A stretch of DNA of 63,641 bases, counting the filler, from Choristocarpus tenellus KU-1152 (taxonomy: Eukaryota; Protista; Phaeophyceae), in NCBI GenBank assembly GCA_964200185.2. It is 7 parts of 7 records of this genome, joined end to end, with 100 filler letters (N's around TTAATTAATTAA, not from the genome) between each part and the next. Parts side by side here need not be neighbours in the genome. Positions count along the whole stretch, not along the records: positions 5,610 to 35,633 come from CAXNAD020000094.1; 6 more parts are not named here. One strand, given 5' to 3'. The first letter of the stretch is position 1. Every line of letters starts with the position of its first letter. Shown here piece after piece: positions 12,804-27,000 of the stretch. The notes below the pieces were generated by a model, which saw only the letters and a program-made list of their open reading frames with translations, had not been told where the DNA came from and made no database searches. A program made the translations under genes and the position numbers.

Positions 12804-15800
12804 TAGGTTGTTTCACAACTCCCAAGATTTTGAAAGGAGCAATACATCTGACTGACTGACACAATGAGATAAAATATATGCCTTGAGCAAGATGTACAAA
12901 TGGGCATGTGCTTTTTTGTTTAGTGATATTGTATTACATTGGAAGGAATTGCTAAGGTTGACCTATCTTATCTTAGAAGGTTCAAATATACACTTCTGAG
13001 TATTAAGAGCTGAAACTTTCTGCCTTACAGGCCATTTCTATGACTGAACTTGAGTTAACCACCTCTTACAACAGTGAACGTAGAAGAGGATACAAGTGTT
13101 CGCACACATAGCGACCCCAAATACTCGATGGCCCCCCCCTCAAAGATGGGCTTTCTTGGTATTTCCTAAATTCAATTACATCCTTGCTAAGAAGATCGTA
13201 ACATTATACCACCCTGTCAAGCTCCAATTTCTTACCTACCACAAATTGGGAATTTGCTGGTTACAAAAGGAGAATGTAGATGCAATACTTTAGACAAGTA
13301 TCTGGCCCAAGTTAAACTAGTTTTAAACACTCTGCACATTAAGATCGTAATCAGGTATCACCACTTTCCAACCAAAAACACAATGAAGCTGCAAGGAGAA
13401 GCACATAGGTGCTCTGTTCCCTGTCCAAGCACACTCTAGGCATCACCCTTCTTACACAACACATCACAACAACAAGAAAGCGTACCGCAGTCCCAAGGTT
13501 ACCTTGTTTATCAATGGCTGGTGACTGAACTGAAAACAGCACTCTGCCAGGCTATCAGTTTTAAGCTAAACAAGAGGCGATAGAGAAAAGTTAGGTTCTT
13601 TGAAATGGGTTGCAGTGATACGAGAGGTGAATGGTGCCGTCCCTGAGGAAAAACCTATACTTTTAGCAAACTCCTAACCTTGACTTGCTGTTTGTCTGTA
13701 ACAAAGTACTACAATATTGTACAATTACGTCAATGGAAAAAACTCAAGTTAGATCTCTTCAAGGATATATTTACTCAAACAAAAAAAAACATGCTAGTCT
13801 GGCCGAGGGTGACACCAAGGCTTGTTCTATTTTTTTTTGTAAACAATGACTTCTTGACGGCAAGGTTGTCTTGATATTTAGAATAAGAGCTGAAAGGGGT
13901 AAAACTCTTGAAATATTCAGTGATATAAAAAACTTGTTCGTCTCTGTTCTCAGAAAATATATCAGTGTATTTTTTCAAAGAGCACTCCAGTGGTACGTTA
14001 CTACCTCTTTTAAACAAACACTTCTGCTATCTGCCCTCAAAAGCAAGCACAATTGAACCATGTACCCCTTATGTCTTCGTTTAAGGGTTGCTCAGATTAT
14101 ATGCGCTGCCACTCCCTATCCTTGCTTACAACCCGGACAACATAAAACAGAGCTTGCGTATGCAATCAAAAAACATTTGAAGCCTCGTCTTTTTTTATCA
14201 ACCACTCCTCTCACCTTCCTCTCCCTGACTTTTGGCACCACATGTAACCAAGTGCCTCGATTATCTATCCAATTGGTGAATCAAAGTTCCTGCTTGGACT
14301 AGAGACAGACAAGCAAGCTTGGCCAACTATATACAGGTTGAAGGGGTGTTTATGAGGTTATTGAACTATAGTGAGAGCAAATCTACCTTGGTTTTACCAT
14401 GTGAATGTGCTCTAGTGTCCCAGAGAAAAGATGCAGAGCGGGTCATTAGAAAAACACATAAATATGTTCTTCAACATTGTATTCTTGGCTATATAATGAA
14501 TAAACAAAATTCACTGTAAATTCAGCACACAAAGAAATAGCTTACGACTCGCAAAAATGTAGATCAAAATTCATACTTCATACCGTAAGGTTGGTACCAC
14601 CACTAGGATGAACAACTCAAACAACCGAGTATATATTGCTGTGTTTGTAATTGATTCTATACAACCTTCACACTTTTTATTTTACTTGGATTTGTGTTTC
14701 TGAATATGGTATTGTTGAGACAATAACCTGAAAGAGGATCCCTCTACACCACCTGACAACATTCAGAATATTCAACATCTCTTGCACTACTGTGTCATTC
14801 TAATCAATTCTTTCCCATATTCATATTCCATATCCTATGGTGTTAGTCTAAGGCTACGAAACTGTATTAAGATAAAGTGTTGATTAAGTCAATACGTACA
14901 CCAGTTACATCTTGCAATCTTGAACAAAAGTCAAAATGACAAAATTGCTTGGTGTTCTTACATTTAGTCTGCATATTGCTCAGTCGAAACGACTGGATTT
15001 TTTCTAATGTTTTCGCAATATTTTGCTTGCAGGGGAAAGCTGCAGAGACCTTGGTGTACCATCACTTCGTTTGGGAATGGAGGTGTCCTGTCCAAAACAG
15101 GTTACAGTGAATAATATATTTTTTCATTTTTCCTTAACTGTGTTTTAACAAGGAATCCAATTGTCTAAAGCAATAGTTACAACAAAATGTTTCAGTTCCA
15201 CAAGTCTCTCAACATTTAGTAGGATTTCGGCTAAAAGGTTCATAGATCCTAACGAACCATTGTTGATATCATTGATATTAACCACACATAATAGCGCCCC
15301 ATTTGATAACTAAGACTCTAGGATGCATGTAATCAACTGAGTTATGTCTGAGCGATAAGAATGTAACAGTGAAGAGGGTTTCAAACCCTTTTCCATATGT
15401 TGGACCTTTTGCATCTGTTTCTGATGTGGTCTGATGTGAGAGTTACTGACGTAGATCAAGAGAAATGATTACGAAAGATCAGATACACACTATCATCCTT
15501 AAAAAAAAATTCCCTCTGACCTTTGTGTACCGACATTACATAAGTCAATTCCGTTTGAAGATACATTATTCTCATTTTCAGCACTCTTACGGCTGTACTG
15601 TACACAGAGGTATCGATCCTCCTAATTCTGTTAAGTTTATAACACAATCTACAGATAGTGTAACTACCATTTTAAGGAGGAATTATGTGAGACCTTAAGA
15701 GGTATTATCAAGTATAGCTCAATCAACACCCATGGTATAGAGGTTTAGGTGCACTGTACGCTGGCTGGTAACGAGACCATCCCAGCATGGATTTGAAACC

Positions 15801-18800
15801 AACATGCAAAATGATGAATTTATGTAGGTAAATGTTGTGTTAAGGCACCAATGTACTTTCCCTTCAAGTCTACCAATAAGAAGAGGAGTGGTAAGGCCAT
15901 AACTAGAAATGAAAGGTCAAGTACATTGAACAAAAAGCTTTGCCTCATTCCTACTCTAAAATGGATTAATGAAGAGAGTGAGGGAATTCAGAACATGGAG
16001 AGGAAGACAAAACTTCAAATCCATCCAACTTGCCAGCAAAATCCAGACACTTTATTAGGATGAGAAGTTTCTCATTAACATGTACAAGTCAGTGTTACTA
16101 CGGAAAATACATGCCACTTAGACAGTCTCACTGATTTAAAGGTTTGTTAGTTTGTAAAAGGACGTATATCTGAGAGAAACTAATATCAGCGAGATAATAT
16201 ATTCAAACTTTGAGCCAGAAAATCACACACAGGCAATATTTTCTCTCTCATTTGCAGAACAATGACAAGATGAAGGTTATAACCTATTATGTAACCCCCC
16301 AAATACTCGGATGCAGTCATAGATGGAATTTGCTGTGATGTCTGTCATGCCTTAGTAGAAGAATAAAAATAAGAGCAGAACTAAATTGGAAGTAGACGAG
16401 AACATAGTACCTAGTGGGACAAGCCAGGTCTTGATTTTTGAGGAAGCTTGTCTCTACTATACTTCTCCTGACAAAATGCAAACCTCTTTAGACCTGGCTA
16501 AAGAATGTTGCAGTGTGTTGAATTTTTTGCTGCTTCTGGAAAGTGATATTAACGTGAATTGAGACCATCTGTCCACCCGGAACAAGATCAAAAACATATG
16601 TTATTTGTTAGTAAGCCTTGTGTGATAGAATAGTAAGTTGATTAAATATTTGTAACAGTCATGGTTTCACTCTTAAGGGAACAGTATCACAGTAGGTTGC
16701 AAATAAGAGAACAATATGTACAGTCAGATTCTTTGGATTTGTGGTCTTTGGCACCAACTGACATGAAATGTATTCATCAACATTTCAGTTGCTCTCTTTG
16801 CTACGAGCACAAAGAGAAAGGTTGAAAGTTGACACAACACAACAAATATTGCTAGACCTGAGCGAAGGCCTTGGACCAAAAAGAGTATCATGTAGGAAGG
16901 TTTGAGGAAAAGGAGAATCACTGGGTCTAACCAATCCTCTATGTGATGTCATAAAGTGAGAAAATCGTGGTAGCTATAGGAAGCATGACTGGGGAGCAAA
17001 AATGTCTTATCTGTGGGGGAAACATATAATCAAAGGGGTTCTTAAATCAGCTGTGTATCACATAAAAAAAAAGTACAGAGGTTTACACGTACATTGATGT
17101 TGGAGAGATTGTTTACAGTACCCACAAAGTGAAGCCTTGTCAAAAGCAATCAAGTGGTTCCTCATGTACATGAAGTAGAATGTTTTCCTGCAAAAGAATG
17201 CACCAGCTATCATAATAAGATTGCAACTTAGGACAACTTGTAGAGAAAGCATCTGGACACAGTTAAGATAAGAACAGGGTGACAGTCCGCACTACACTTC
17301 TGTTTCATTTTCCATAAACAAGCAAACTTGATTCAGATTGTACACACACAGCTATTCCCCTAGCTCAGAGAGGGTTCAGCAATAGCTCTTCCTTGATCAG
17401 ATCACTCATTTCACAGACAACTATCAACGGAAATGACAGCAAATATGACCTAGAGCAAGCACCCCAAAAATATGTAGGTAACAGGTTTCCTGCTATACCC
17501 CCCTAATTCTTCCATTCTTCAGATCCACTACTAAATCGTCATTTTTTTTCTACACTTATTATGTACGAAGTATAATTTTTACTTCTGTGTTTGTTCAGCA
17601 CCACAGCAAGTGCAACGTATGAGTTTAACCTTTCTTCAAGTAAAAAACACAGAATCCGTAAGACTGCTGCATCATTCATTCAAATGCACAGTCAAACATC
17701 CTGCACTTTTAACAAACTGTTTTGCAGGCATCTATATGGTCCACAAAACACTGAAGATTTCCCTGCCAACCGGCAACACAAAAATTCACCCTGAGACAAA
17801 GATGCCCTTACATTTGAAGCCAACAGAACAGTACAATAAAACAGATATGACACTTTTCTTCCCTATCCCCAACCCTCATTCATACTGTGGGCGTCATTAT
17901 ACCACAATTACTACAGAACCCGAACACAAAAGAAGAAACGTGTGCCTACATATGATTGTCATTACTTATCTACTGTGTGTGTTGGGTGAGGGAAAATTAA
18001 GAAAAATCAAGGAGGAAAAAAAGGATAGCAGACATAGGAAAGAGAGGTCTCGCATGTAGATGGATGGAACAAAGTCGTTTCAGAAAAACTTTCAACAGAT
18101 CCAACTTCTTGCACATGTCTGATGGTGTCATACAAAGGGCTTCTTTGGATGGAATTAAGAGAATTGACAGAGAGCTTGTGGAAATTTCCACCACATTTCC
18201 AAGGGTCTGTTATTGTGTTCTCTGTTTTGCCCAGTGGAGTGGGTGAAGGTGTTCTTCTCGAGGGGATTGGGCCACCACAAGTACATTTTTTTTTCTTTTG
18301 TGTTTCAATGTGACACAGGAAAAAATTGCGAGGGAGTCTGTCGGCAGGTGGTCATGGGGTCTGCACAGCCTCGAATTTGCGTCAAAACCTGGGGGTGATA
18401 TGGGTATGCAATCAAAAGGGTAGAGATGGGATACATTGTTAGGATCTGTGGAGGAAGATCAAAGTTTGTTCAAACCCACGAAGGGGGGGGAGGGGGGAAG
18501 AAAGCCAAGTAAGGTGGGATTCAAGGTTAAGTAGCACTGTATTTCTGACTAGCATCCGCCTCACACCAAAAAACAAAAACTTCAAACCAGGTTTGAACAA
18601 AACAACTGTTGCAACATTTCCTGTACCAACACCTACTCCCTCTGTTTGGCTTGATATACCTTGCACAATCGCAAATCGCACCGAAGTAAAAAAATACCAC
18701 AACAATGTTCGATAAGTTGGCGAGGGCATGGGTTAAGCCCTGTAATGGACGACCAAGAACCACTCTGCAAGACGAGATTGACTGTGAAGGCCAAAGTAAC

Positions 18801-18939
18801 CCTTAGTACAAGGCTGTGTAAAACAACTTAGCCGATAAGATGGAGAGTGTCCACCACAGAGAAGAATAGGCAAATAGTGCATGTGTATACATCTTTGGTA
18901 GTCGAAGGTGGTATTCCTGCAGGGTGAGGAAAAGACCAT

Positions 18940-19141
18940 AGAGCGTTATGACAATGAATACAAACATATCCTATCTTCCTAGACCTTTATTCTTGCAGGG
19001 TGTGGCATACCACCCTTCCGAACTCATGTGTTTAATCAAGAACTGAGAACATCTATGAGTTTGGAAGGGTGGTATGCCACACCCTGCAACAATGAAGGTC
19101 TAGGAAGATAGGATATGTTTTATACGTTGTTATTAAGCTCT
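18940..19141 (+). repeat. Long inverted repeat / foldback hairpin (~90-bp arms); candidate miRNA precursor or foldback MITE
   Basis: 18962-19027 pairs with 19055-19120 with three mismatches. Imperfect pairing extends to 18940/19141. Confidence 0.85.
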
Positions 19142-19229
19142 GTTTAACATTTGGTCAAAAAAGCGATCAGTACACCCCAAGCTCTATGGTCTACGCCTTG
19201 GTCTGCAGGGACTCCATTCCCTTGGCCAC

Positions 19230-20386
19230 CAAAGATACATATATATACACTACTATCGGCCTATTTTTGCAGACTCCCTTGATGTTGTAGTCGCGCAACT
19301 GACTTAACACAGCCTTGTAGAGTTTGAGGAGAATCCGCCAGACCTTGTTATAGGTCTCAGTATCATATTCATCTCGATTCTGGAAGATTCTTGCCTCCAG
19401 TGTAATGAGCTGCACCAGCACTTCATATCTCTTCACGTTTTGTACAATTTCCTTACTGTTGTCCAAGCGGAGGTACCCTGCCCTGATCGACAAAGGGTGT
19501 TTAAATCCGGTGACTGGGAAGGTTGTTTGAACACATATTTGAGAATCATCTAGCAGTGGATGATGCTGTGTGTGGCCTTGCATTGTCGTCTTGAAGGAAA
19601 GCAATGTCTTGCTCTAAGAGGCATGGGTGAGACATTAAAGCGGGCAAGACCTCTGTGGGCATTTTGTCGTAAAGCTCATCAGTCATTTTGACAGTCATCG
19701 CCTTGATGATACCTTGGGTGCGATTACAAGATAATTATCTAGCAACTTGCTCTGTGAGAGGCCAAAAGTCCATCTTCCAATCCCACCAAGTTCTATCCTC
19801 CAAAACACGAGCTCAAATGTTCACAGTAAGAAACATCACTTTTGTAATGTGTAACTTGGTTGTTACGCGAGGACACTTAGGTGGTACTTCCCTAGGCTTG
19901 ATAAAAACCATTTTTCATTGAGGAAGACACGGTCAAACATGGGCTTAAAGACATGCATGCCCTATACCCACCCTATCCACCCTGTGTTGGTTAGAGAGGA
20001 ATGGTTTGATGACTCTTTGATGTGGTATGACCCCCATCCCCTTGTTATACCTCCCTACCTTCCCCAGGGTGAGTTTGATCTTCGCAGTCCATCGCCTCTG
20101 ACTGGTTCGTTCCAACACATGAACTTCTTTAATCCCATAAATATCTTCTTGCACAATGGTTCTTGGTCATTCATTGGGAGTAGCTGCTAAGCCCATGCCC
20201 TCTCAATTATTGCAGCTCTGATGCTACGCTCACCAACTGAGCCAATGTTGTAGTGGCCATGGTGTAATTCTGTGCAATTTGTAATCCGATGCTTTGTTGG
20301 ACCTTGCTACAGGTCTTGTGCAGCTAAAATTACTCTCTGACGTCAGTCTTGTGCTTCTACGTGGGAATGTCTATCACCTTTCCCAT
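19230..20386 (-). mobile_element. Degenerate DD39D mariner transposase (near full length, pseudogenised)
   Basis: Across frameshifts: MFDRVFLNEKWF (cf. MYDRVHIDEKWF), ITKVMFLT, FWPLTEQVA, VLPAL...QDDNARPH, KQPSQSPDLNTL and YNKVWRIL. Confidence 0.8.
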
Positions 20387-21022
20387 TGCGGAAAGTGAGG
20401 TGTAGATTTGTTCAGTCGATCTCGAGAATTTGAAATTCTAGTTGGCCGTAATCGTCCTCCTCAATAGGAAGGCAACCAAACGTAACTTCACTATTTCACA
20501 GTTTAAGACCCAATTTTCACACCCTTCAACAAGGTGGTCTATCTTTATCGGGACCGTCCTCGAGAATATCAAACCCTCAAATGTGCTTAGGGGCTTGTTT
20601 GAAAGTTCACATTTTTTTCAGTAACATCTTCATCACTGAACAATAATTTAGGACACCCAAGCCGTGCACCCGAAAACATAGGTGTTTAATAAACTCAAAC
20701 AGAGGGAGTACATAAGTTGATAAGAGCCAATGCTTCTTAATTAAACACCACACATTGTTGATGGAAAATTTACATGGAATGTTTCACATGTGAAAAACAA
20801 TTGGGTTAATTGTTTTTTCCTGTCTTTATAATATAAAAACTAGACAATTCTTGTGTGCTCTTTATAGGGCAGAATATGTCGAACACCATTAATACTGTAA
20901 AATATGAAAAACTAATTTTTTAATGCTTAATTTTTTATTAACATCAACTATAGACCAACCCCCCCCCCCGTCTATGCCATACAGATGTACATACCTCTGT
21001 AACCCAACTTGCCCAAATGATC

Positions 21023-24000
21023 CTATCCCTGGTGGTATTGAACGTAGCCACCTCCTGAAGGTGAGAACGGCTGCGGAGGAACAGGAGGTGCACTTCCCTG
21101 AGGGGCAGCAGTGTAAGTGCCAGTGGCAGGGTCATATACCTGTATGTCAATTGTTCGCAAGTTTGTGCATAGACAAGGTTTGTTGCATAATAAGGTCAAA
21201 TTAGGTTTGTGACAGGGGCAAGGGATGAAGTCAACAGATTTGATATACATCAAATCATTGATATTCTGATACCTTCTTGGAGCACTCAAAATGATAGCTA
21301 TCCAACCACCTTAATTTTTCAACACAAACAAAAGATTCTCAAGAAAATTATATTTCAAAAATGTTAAAATCTCACAGCGGATCATTTGTTCAATTTATCA
21401 GAACCTCATTATGGCTAAGCCCTTGCTTCAACTCAATCTTTTGACCAAGAATAGTAACGTGCAGGCATGTGGTCCATCAATACAGGTATATGCTGGAAAG
21501 CTCCATCCTTACCCATCCATATGCAGGCTGAGCTGAGGCTGGGGCCTGCTGTTGCTGTGGTGGTGGCGGTTGCTGCTGCTGCTGTTGCGGTTGCTGCTGC
21601 TGTGATGGCTGTGGTTGACCAGGGGCAGATGACACAGGGGGGGTTCCATTGCTGCCTACAGGCTGTGAGGGGGAAAAGAACAACAGTGTTGTCCAAGGAA
21701 GGAATATATTGGTTAGGGCCACGGTGATTTTGGACCCATGTAAAGTATGCTACAACCATGTACAGGGGTTATTAAATAATACTTTGAATAGATGTATAAA
21801 AGTATACGGAAAACATTTGTGATATCCTGTAAAGGTACATCGAACAAGGAAGCTCGAGGTAAAATATTCCAAATATATTATGACTATAAAAGAAACAGCT
21901 TGCTGTAGAGGCAAAAAAATATAATGTAGAGAACAATGTTTTTTTTAAAGACCCTGCTGCAGCACGGCAGCTCCTACATGTTGCTGGTGTTGAGGGAGTT
22001 GCTGCTGTTGGGGAGGTTGCTGTCGTTGAGGTTGGGGATAGAACTGCCCAGGTTGTCCCCTAAAGGGTTGTCCGTATTGCCCCACCACTGGTGGCTGTTG
22101 TTGAGGAGGGGGCTGATTCTGGGGCACCTGGGGTGGTGCCACTGGGGGTTGTGCGCCTGGGGGGTACTGGTACTGCAGCGCCTGCTGAACAAAGCAAAGC
22201 ACAAAGCGTTTTAGGGGGATGATATATCAAATTTAAATTATCTACGAACAAATTTCATGTGAGCAGTGGTGTGAATCTAGAGCTGTCAATGCACTCTACG
22301 ATGCAATTTAAACGTAAATAGCATGTGGATTGAGATGTCTACAGTGCATGATTGCACGAAAAAAAATTCTTTATCACAATAGAATTGAATGCTAGCAGAT
22401 ACTACAATGATAAGTTACACATTTGAGCTAAAAAAGAATTCATTTGTGAAAAAAAACATTCCATGTTAATGAGGGTGGAAGATATAATGAGCAAGAACTG
22501 CGCAAAAGGACAAGCAGTCCTGCAAATCGTCCAAGTATTAACGAAAGACACAAAACCCACCTGAGGCTGGGGTGCTGAAGGAGCCTGTTGGGGCGCATAT
22601 TGTGGTGGTGCCTGGTATGGGGCTGGTGCTGGAGCTTGAGGGTACTGGTATCCCTACCAGAAGTTAAAAAAAGAAGTGCAATCACACAAAGGTAGAAGGC
22701 AAAATATATACAGAGCACAAATACGAGGGAGAGATGGGGTTGAATATTACCACACCCATTTCCACCCCGTCTCACATTAGGCTATTGCCAGGTGTAAATC
22801 ATCAACGACAAGAAACACAGACATCACACACATTGCATCCTTAAAAAATATATGCTCTTATTGGCGTAATTAAGATTGGGAGAGATTTTGCCTCCTTAAA
22901 AGAAGAAATATCTCAAAATGGTGAACAGTTCCTCCACGCCCCTGCCAAAAACTGTACAGCATGGACAACACTCCATACGAACCACATCAAACCCTTTACA
23001 CCAGAGCAAATCATATTAAACAAAATACACCTTTTACTATCACTGAATATTCTTGTATACATTAAATATACCATACAAAAAGCATTCGATATAAAACTTT
23101 GGGGAATTCTGCACACCTGCTGCTGGTACGGCGGGAATCTTGGGGTAGGTGTAGGAGCTGCGGGGGGGGCAGGAGCAGGGGCTGTAGCTGCTGCCGAAGC
23201 TGGGTTGTACTGTCCTTGAGCTGGAGCTGAGGAACCATTCTGACGGGTGCCAGCTGGCGGTCCATGCTCATTTTCCCTGAGCACCTCACAAATAAGGTTA
23301 CAGCTCTTCATCAGGGCGGAATGGTCAGACTGCCCAAGGGGTCCAACATATCAAAAGGGGAGGCAGTTGATCAGGGAAAATGCAAATGAAAGCACAGGCG
23401 TTGGTAAGCTTGACAGGTTGAGTTCACCCAGAGGCATATTAATGAAGGTATGACAAAGAAGCTCAGAACTTTTTTATACAGCGAAGCAATAAAAAACAAT
23501 GTTCCTCTTAGTGGAACATCTCCTAGGACATTTTTCTCTTGTGGTTACAACCTAATCATTATAATGATACCTTTCCATGCCCTAAAATTTTAGAGTACAT
23601 AGAAAAACATGTCCAAAAAACAAGGCATGCAGTAGGAAGCATACCTGATGAAGCTGATTTATGGATATAAAATCAAACCTACACAGATCCCCTGCCCTTC
23701 TATACCTTCCCCAAAATGCCAATTTGAATACCACACCCTCTCACCGAGGTGACAGTGACCTTGCGTTCCCTCTGACTGGGCAGCATTTGATCCTTGGCCT
23801 GAACCTGAATCAGGGCACCTCCCTCAGCAGTCATTCGCCGGATGGTTGCTCCACCCTTTCCAATCAAGGCACCAGCTAACGAATTGTCGACCATGAGTTC
23901 TGCCCCTGTAGCCGTCTTAATTGCCTTAGCAAGACCTGGAGCACTAATCTGAGGTACATTTGTGAACTGCACCATCAAACACGTACACAGGTGGTGCGTC

Positions 24001-27000
24001 ATGATTAGGCATTGGGAAAGTATGTGAGAGGGAATAGAGACACAAGATACTTTGTGGGCATAGGTGATGAGAGATGAACAGACTGATTTCTAAACAGGTG
24101 TTTAATACAAATAAAAATATTCAATGATGATGCAGGATCAGCAAGAGTTCACTGCTCAAATATTGTATGTTGTTCCTTTGCTCCTTTATCCCTTTAAGGG
24201 CACTCTATATTAACTAGACTTCCTCCCTTGTATGAATTTTACCTCAATCTGCTATGTCAAAAAAATGTTAGTAGTGCTACTTTCGCTCTGAAATTTGTGG
24301 ACTACAATCTTCCTACCTCATTTCTATAAATTTTGATCAATCCTCATGAGCACACACATAAAATCAACCATCTTCTAACCTCGATATTTGCTGTCTGACT
24401 GTTCGTAGCTGGAGATGGCGCAGCAGGCTGTGGAGGCGAACTATACTGTGGCTGATGAGGGGGAGGAGCTTGGTGATGGTATGGAGGCTGGTATGGTTGT
24501 TGAGGTTGGTACGGTGGTTGTGGCTGATATGGTGGCTGCTGAGGTGCAATGTACAAAGTAAAACATAGGTGTGGGAAATTCAAAAAAAGAAAAGGGAAAC
24601 ATTAGCACAAAGAAAAATGAAGGTATCGTAATTATGGATGTGTTTGAAGATTTTAGTTGAATATTACCCATTAGAACACTACACTAATAACTCACAGAAA
24701 CCATTATTTCCTTACCTGCTGGTATGACATAGGTGGCGGATGACCAAAAGGAGGGTGACCATAAGGCTGAGGAGCACCGTAGGGCTTGGAGATGCCAGGC
24801 ATAGTGAAAAGAGATGCAGACAGAAAGATGAAAAGAAGGGGTTGATTTTAGAGGTGATAACAAAGTGTGAAGACAGCAAAAAGGTACGAGAAAAAAATTA
24901 TTCTACCTAAAGAAATCCAAAAATACACAGAATACCTTGTGGCAATAACAAAATCCCTCTCTCCTTAATGGCACTTTCTCAGCACAAACTCCCAACCCAC
25001 TAGACTTACGCTAGACAGTCATACGCATGTACTACAAAGCAAACAGCTGAAGTTTGTTATTTTGTGAGAGAAGACTCAACCTTCCGTATCCCAGCACTTA
25101 CAAATAAATCACGGTAGAAAACATAGTTGTTGAATACCAATTCACATTAAAAGCTGGGTTGGTATTTGTCAGAATTTCAAAGGTAGAAAGAGCCTGTCAC
25201 CTGGAATGGAGGCGGCTGCTGCTGCGGTGATGCCATCATCTGGGGAGGTGCTGAGTCTGGCATCTGAATGTTCACATCCACCTTAGGATTGGGATCATTG
25301 GGATCTTGACCTGCAGTTGGTGTCACTGCATTGGGTACCTTTGTTGACAGCAAGCACCAAAACCAGACACCAGGGGGTATTAAGTGCCTAAATGATGGCA
25401 AGAAGAGCGCATCTGAAATTGAACAAGATCACAGCTACAGGGCGAATGCTTTCTTTCTTGTAGATACAGTGTGATATTCATGTTGTACTATCTAGAGTAA
25501 ACAACGCCATACTTTATGGTTTTCACAGTATACACACCCCCACTTCCATTATTTGAAATCAATTCAGGTCATACCTCTCTCTGGAGCATATTTAACTTAG
25601 ACATAATTTTATGAACAAAAACTTCCTTGCATCACATCAAATCTTCAAGAGCACCTGAAAGGTTTCCGACAGTATCACACCTGTGCTTTTAGACGATCAG
25701 TAATATTGGCAATCCTTTCAAGGATGAGGGTCTGTGCAACAATCAGCTTGTTTATTGATCCTGTAAGAAGCACGCACCGTGCCTCCCCCCAGAGTGTTGG
25801 ACTCGGGGAATCCTGCAGGATTTTGACCTGCAATTTTAAGCAGAGTATAGCATTTTGGTAAGGAAATTATCAACATCAAATTCAAGACCAAAAATCATAT
25901 TGACCCCCCCCCCCCCCCCCCCCTTTCCCCCAATTACTGCTTCCTTCAATATTGGGGATCACATCTCCTTCAATGGTCCCTGCGTGTGAAAGTCACGTTC
26001 TCTGGATAAGAAAGATCGAGGGATTGTTGCTGTCTCAACAAAGAGACAATTAAATGTGTATGCACACTCCTCCTGCATTCCATTTCATTTCATTAATTGA
26101 TACATTAAATACTCCCCCTCTCCACAAATTCATCCTTTTCATTACATTCAGGCCAGAGCTGGCCAGAACAACTTGGTGCTCCAGTATTGCAAATTACTCA
26201 CTTCACTGCAAATCTCAAACCAAGCTTTTCTTGAAAAATTACTTCACCCTCTCCGCTTTCTATTTAGTCCCCACATTTTCCTATTCCACAAAAGAATCAC
26301 CATGATAGAAAAATACGTGTAGAATGGAAGGCTGTCACATATTATCGACTGCTACATCTGCACAGTACAGAAGCTCCAATCTAAACATTTCACAAGATAA
26401 CACACTACCAACGCTGGCTGTAGACTATTTTGGATGGTCCATCACTATGGTCATGGATGTCAAAATGCTTATACAGTGCAAACATTTTTGATATGTGGTG
26501 CTTGTATTGGTGGTGAAATTAAGGGAAATATATACTTTGTTTCGAACATACTGGTTGAAGGCCTTCTTATTCCTTACAAACTGCTGCAATTGCTATGTCA
26601 TCACTGAACTCGTTGAAGGCATCGAGATGGAAGATTCTACAACTGTGCAAAAACGACATCGAAGTTATACCTGTAAGAACAACGGTGTTACCGATCTATA
26701 CATGGGCTACGTGATTTCATGAAAAACAAAATCCTGGATGTCACAAGGGTTTCGGTAGGGAGGGACTAATGAAGGGACACCGGGACTTGGTATGTAATTT
26801 TCCAGTGAGCCCTTAACAGCATCAAGACAGGTCAAAATTGTAGCCACTCTTAACTAAAGTTTCACAAATACTTGATACGTATGAGAGCATTGGGGGACAG
26901 CATGCTCATCAAGCACCAACCTTAACAATGTAAACCACAAATTGCTCATCACTATCTGAACAGAACAATTGTTCCAACACTCTAAGGAGAGCTACCCTGT

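Noticed and set aside
13503-14603. Chain of 17-27 nt AG...GT micro-exons on the minus strand that can be joined in frame
   Set aside because: Such short AG/GT-bounded segments arise by chance, and the product has no recognisable motif.
19191-19604. 137-aa ORF as a possible viral or orphan gene
   Set aside because: Explained as the frameshifted C-terminus of the DD39D transposase.
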